A program made the position numbers and the translations under genes. A stretch of DNA of 64,000 nucleotides. It comes from an uncultured Desulfuromonadales bacterium (GTDB lineage: Bacteria; Desulfobacterota; Desulfuromonadia; Geobacterales; CAIOGM01). The stretch is taken from assembly GCA_903929485.1 (NCBI GenBank), contig CAIYUY010000287.1:38-64037 (forward strand), written 5' to 3'. The notes under the pieces are model-generated. The model saw only the letters and a list, made by a program, of their open reading frames with translations. It was not told where the DNA came from and searched no databases. Shown piece by piece: positions 61,459 to 64,000 of this stretch (position 1 is the stretch's first letter; each line of letters starts with the position of its first letter).

Positions 61459-64000
61459 TTCTATTGAAGTCCACGTGGCGATCATCTTCAACAATTCGAC
61501 AAAATCCACCGGTTTGCTCAGATAATCATTCATCCCCGCTGCACGGCAGAGGAGTTGATCGTCCGTAAAGGCATTCGCCGTCAGTGCGATGACCGGGATA
61601 AGATGATTCCTCACCGCTGAATTTTCATCACGAATGGCGGCAGTCGTTTCAAAGCCGTTCAATACCGGCATCATGCAGTCCATCAGTACCAGGGTGTAGT
61701 CGTTGTTCTCCAGTGCGGTCAAGGCTTCGCGGCCATTTTCGGCCAGATCCACCAGAAAGCCAAATTTCTCCAGGGTAACGGTTATGACCATCTGATTGAT
61801 GGGTTCATCCTCCACCAGAAGGAGGCGAGTGACGCCGCCACCCGGTTTCCCCATTTCCAATCTTCCCCTGACGGTGGAGCAGATGCTGCTACCCTTCCGT
61901 GGCGGAGAGGGAGAACAGGGGATGACAGTCTGTTTCTCCAACACCGCGGTAAACCAGAAGGTGGAACCTTTTCCCGGTCTGCTTTCCACGCCGATGCTCC
62001 CCCCCATGAGCTCAGCCAGCTGGCGCGAGATGGTGAGCCCCAAGCCGGTGCCGCCGTAGGAGCGGGTTGTGGAGCCGTCGGCCTGGGTGAAGGGAGCGAA
62101 GATGGATTCCAGCTTTTCGGCCGGAATACCGATGCCGGTATCGTGGATCAGAAACCGGAGCGCCACCGTGCTATCGTCTTCACGCTCTTTTCGGATCTCC
62201 AGGGTTACGGAACCCTTGGAGGTGAATTTCAGGGCGTTCCCCATGAGGTTGTTCAGGATCTGGCGCAATCGTCCGGCATCACCCCTCAACCGGTTGGGGA
62301 GCTGAAGATCAACCGGCGTCAGCAGTTCCAACCGCTTTTCCCGGGCATGAATGGTGAGGAGTTTAACGGTGCTCCGGATCTCCGCCCGGAGATCGAAATC
62401 CGTCTCTTCCAGCTCCATTTTTCCCGCTTCGATCTTGGAAAGGTCCAGGATGTCACTGATCAACGCCAGCAGGTTTTTGCCGGAACTCCGGAGCGTCTCC
62501 ACATACGTCTGCTGTTCGGCGGTGAGCTGGGTCATGGCCAAAAGCTGCGCCATCCCCAGGACACCATTCATGGGAGTCCGGATTTCGTGGCTCATGTTAG
62601 CCAGAAATTGGCTCTTGGCCCGGTTGGCCGCCTGGGCGATGTTTCTCGCCTGGAGGAGCTCTTCATTGATCCGCTCCTGCTCGGTAATGTCCCGTGCACA
62701 AAAAATCAGGCAGGCCACTCCCTCCAGCTCCGTCTGTTCCAGTGATAACATTACCGGGAAAAGTTCGCCATTCTTGCGCCGGAATCGGGTCGTGTAGTTC
62801 TCCAGCCGTGGTTGATCATCCAGCTCATCCAGCATCCTGTCCCGCAGTTCCGAGCTCCCCCAGGCGCCCAACTCCAGGGCGGTGCGCCCCAGAACTTCTT
62901 CCCGACGGTAGCCCATGATCCGTTCAAAGGCTTTATTCACCTCCAGGAACCGGCCGGTATCCCGTTGGGAGATGGCGATGACATCGGGCGAAGTCCTAAA
63001 GATGGTGGTCAATCTCGTCTCCGAGGAGCGGAGCCTGGCTTCATCTTCCCGGTGCGTCTGTTCCAGCGCAACCCGGACGGTGATATCCTCGAAGATCCAG
63101 ACGCTTCCCAGCTCCGGATCCTCGGGATTGATCATCCGTCCCGTCAGGTGGATCCAGAGCGAACGTCCATCGAGATGGCGGAACCGGATATCGGTCTGAT
63201 ATTCACCACCTTGCATCATGAGCGGATACGCTTCCAATCCCACCCGGTCATGCTCCACCGGATCTACATAAATCTCTTTCGCGGCCCTCCCGGTGAGTTC
63301 TTCCTGGGAAAAGCCGAAGATCCTGGTCATTGCGGCGTTGATCGAGCCAAAGCGCCGTCGGCGAATCATGGCGATCCCCACACTGGAGCTGTCCAGGATA
63401 ACCCGTTGTTCGCGGCTGATTTGCGACAGTCGTTGCTCCAGGAGCTTGCGCTGGGTGATATCCTCCACGACAACCACAAGATAACGGGCGCCCGGGTCAT
63501 CATGGTGGGAGAGAGCAGCCGTAATATGTCCCCAAATGATCGTGCCGGATTTCCGGAGGTAGCGCTTTTCCAGGGAATAAGTGGCTATTTCTCCGGTCAG
63601 CAACTTAGTTACGGACGAATTGCTGGCAGTCAGGTCATCGGGATGGGTGAGCTCTTGGGACCTCATGGAGAGGAGTTCGGGCCGCGGGTAGCCTAAAAGT
63701 GTGCAGAGATGGTCATTGGCCTCAATGAATTCGCCGGTTGGCTTCACTCGGGCGATCCCCACCGCGGCCAGATCAAATATGGCGAGTAACCGCCCCTCGC
63801 TCTCCCGGACTCTTTCCGTCGTGGTTATCCGCTCGGTGATATCGTAATTAACCCCTATCATCCGGAGAGGATTGCCCCCTGCATCACGGTGCACCTGCGC
63901 AACGGCCTTGATATGTCGCAGTTCGCCCGTGGGCCAGACAACCCGGAATTCGATATCCAACGTACTCTCTCCTCGCAGGGCCATGCCGACGGCGTCATCG
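61450..64000 (-). CDS. Hybrid sensor histidine kinase (PAS repeats, HisKA, HATPase, REC), a paralogue of the downstream kinase. The 5' end lies outside the window.
   Basis: There are long stretches of near-identity to 56458-61290, e.g. RVRESEGRLLAIFDLAAVGIARVKPTGEFIEANDHLC versus RVRESEERLRAIFDLAAVGIARVKPSGEFIEVNDHLC. The frame stays open to the window edge. Confidence 0.9.
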   Translation of the reverse strand, partial: DDAVGMALRGESTLDIEFRVVWPTGELRHIKAVAQVHRDAGGNPLRMIGVNYDITERITTTERVRESEGRLLAIFDLAAVGIARVKPTGEFIEANDHLCTLLGYPRPELLSMRSQELTHPDDLTASNSSVTKLLTGEIATYSLEKRYLRKSGTIIWGHITAALSHHDDPGARYLVVVVEDITQRKLLEQRLSQISREQRVILDSSSVGIAMIRRRRFGSINAAMTRIFGFSQEELTGRAAKEIYVDPVEHDRVGLEAYPLMMQGGEYQTDIRFRHLDGRSLWIHLTGRMINPEDPELGSVWIFEDITVRVALEQTHREDEARLRSSETRLTTIFRTSPDVIAISQRDTGRFLEVNKAFERIMGYRREEVLGRTALELGAWGSSELRDRMLDELDDQPRLENYTTRFRRKNGELFPVMLSLEQTELEGVACLIFCARDITEQERINEELLQARNIAQAANRAKSQFLANMSHEIRTPMNGVLGMAQLLAMTQLTAEQQTYVETLRSSGKNLLALISDILDLSKIEAGKMELEETDFDLRAEIRSTVKLLTIHAREKRLELLTPVDLQLPNRLRGDAGRLRQILNNLMGNALKFTSKGSVTLEIRKEREDDSTVALRFLIHDTGIGIPAEKLESIFAPFTQADGSTTRSYGGTGLGLTISRQLAELMGGSIGVESRPGKGSTFWFTAVLEKQTVIPCSPSPPRKGSSICSTVRGRLEMGKPGGGVTRLLLVEDEPINQMVITVTLEKFGFLVDLAENGREALTALENNDYTLVLMDCMMPVLNGFETTAAIRDENSAVRNHLIPVIALTANAFTDDQLLCRAAGMNDYLSKPVDFVELLKMIATWTSIERG

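Overview
This is a GC-rich chromosomal segment. By eye it is about 60% GC outside the island, and the gene content looks Desulfuromonadales/Geobacter-like, which is inference only. The core genes are ordinary: a PIN/RHH toxin-antitoxin pair, an aminotransferase, a HAMP-GGDEF-like protein, a radical-SAM DNA-repair pair, bioB-bioD-bioA with a BirA-type operator, dnaB, higBA, and pyruvate carboxylase. They continue with a fur-feoB-dtxR iron locus, glnB-glnA behind a sigma-54 promoter, cydAB, a hemerythrin, Pal, SppA, three GGDEF proteins and two tandem paralogous hybrid histidine kinases. No rRNA, tRNA, CRISPR array, integrase or transposase was recognised.

The outstanding region is about 16 kb of accessory DNA (about 16756-32825) directly downstream of the pyruvate carboxylase gene. 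It is punctuated by two decayed extra copies of the pyc 3' end, each followed by its own terminator hairpin. That pattern suggests two islands stacked at one insertion site.

Island B (about 20189-32825) holds a type I R-M system (hsdR, a repeat-flanked GxxExxY cassette, hsdM, hsdS). It is followed co-directionally by a visibly AT-rich, translationally coupled four-gene operon:
- a Dcm C5-methyltransferase;
- a 989-aa protein with two GHKL ATPase modules (N-terminal MORC/Hsp90-like, C-terminal complete histidine-kinase core);
- a 537-aa receiver-domain protein with an unrecognisable output region;
- Vsr.

This methylase-linked, two-component-like module with no recognisable nuclease is my best candidate for an uncharacterised defence system.

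Island A (about 16756-19529) carries an AT-rich HNH endonuclease with an unknown N-terminal domain, an N-terminally truncated FtsZ-like protein with a degenerate signature, a MITE-like element and a stray FtsZ-like fragment.

Several small repeat families are also reported: tandem 30-bp and 48-bp arrays, a GTGAATGGTGAATAGT palindromic element, a heptamer tract and ATCCGCG iterons. All coordinates were cross-checked against the supplied ORF track where possible. Product calls rest on motif recognition by eye, not on searches.
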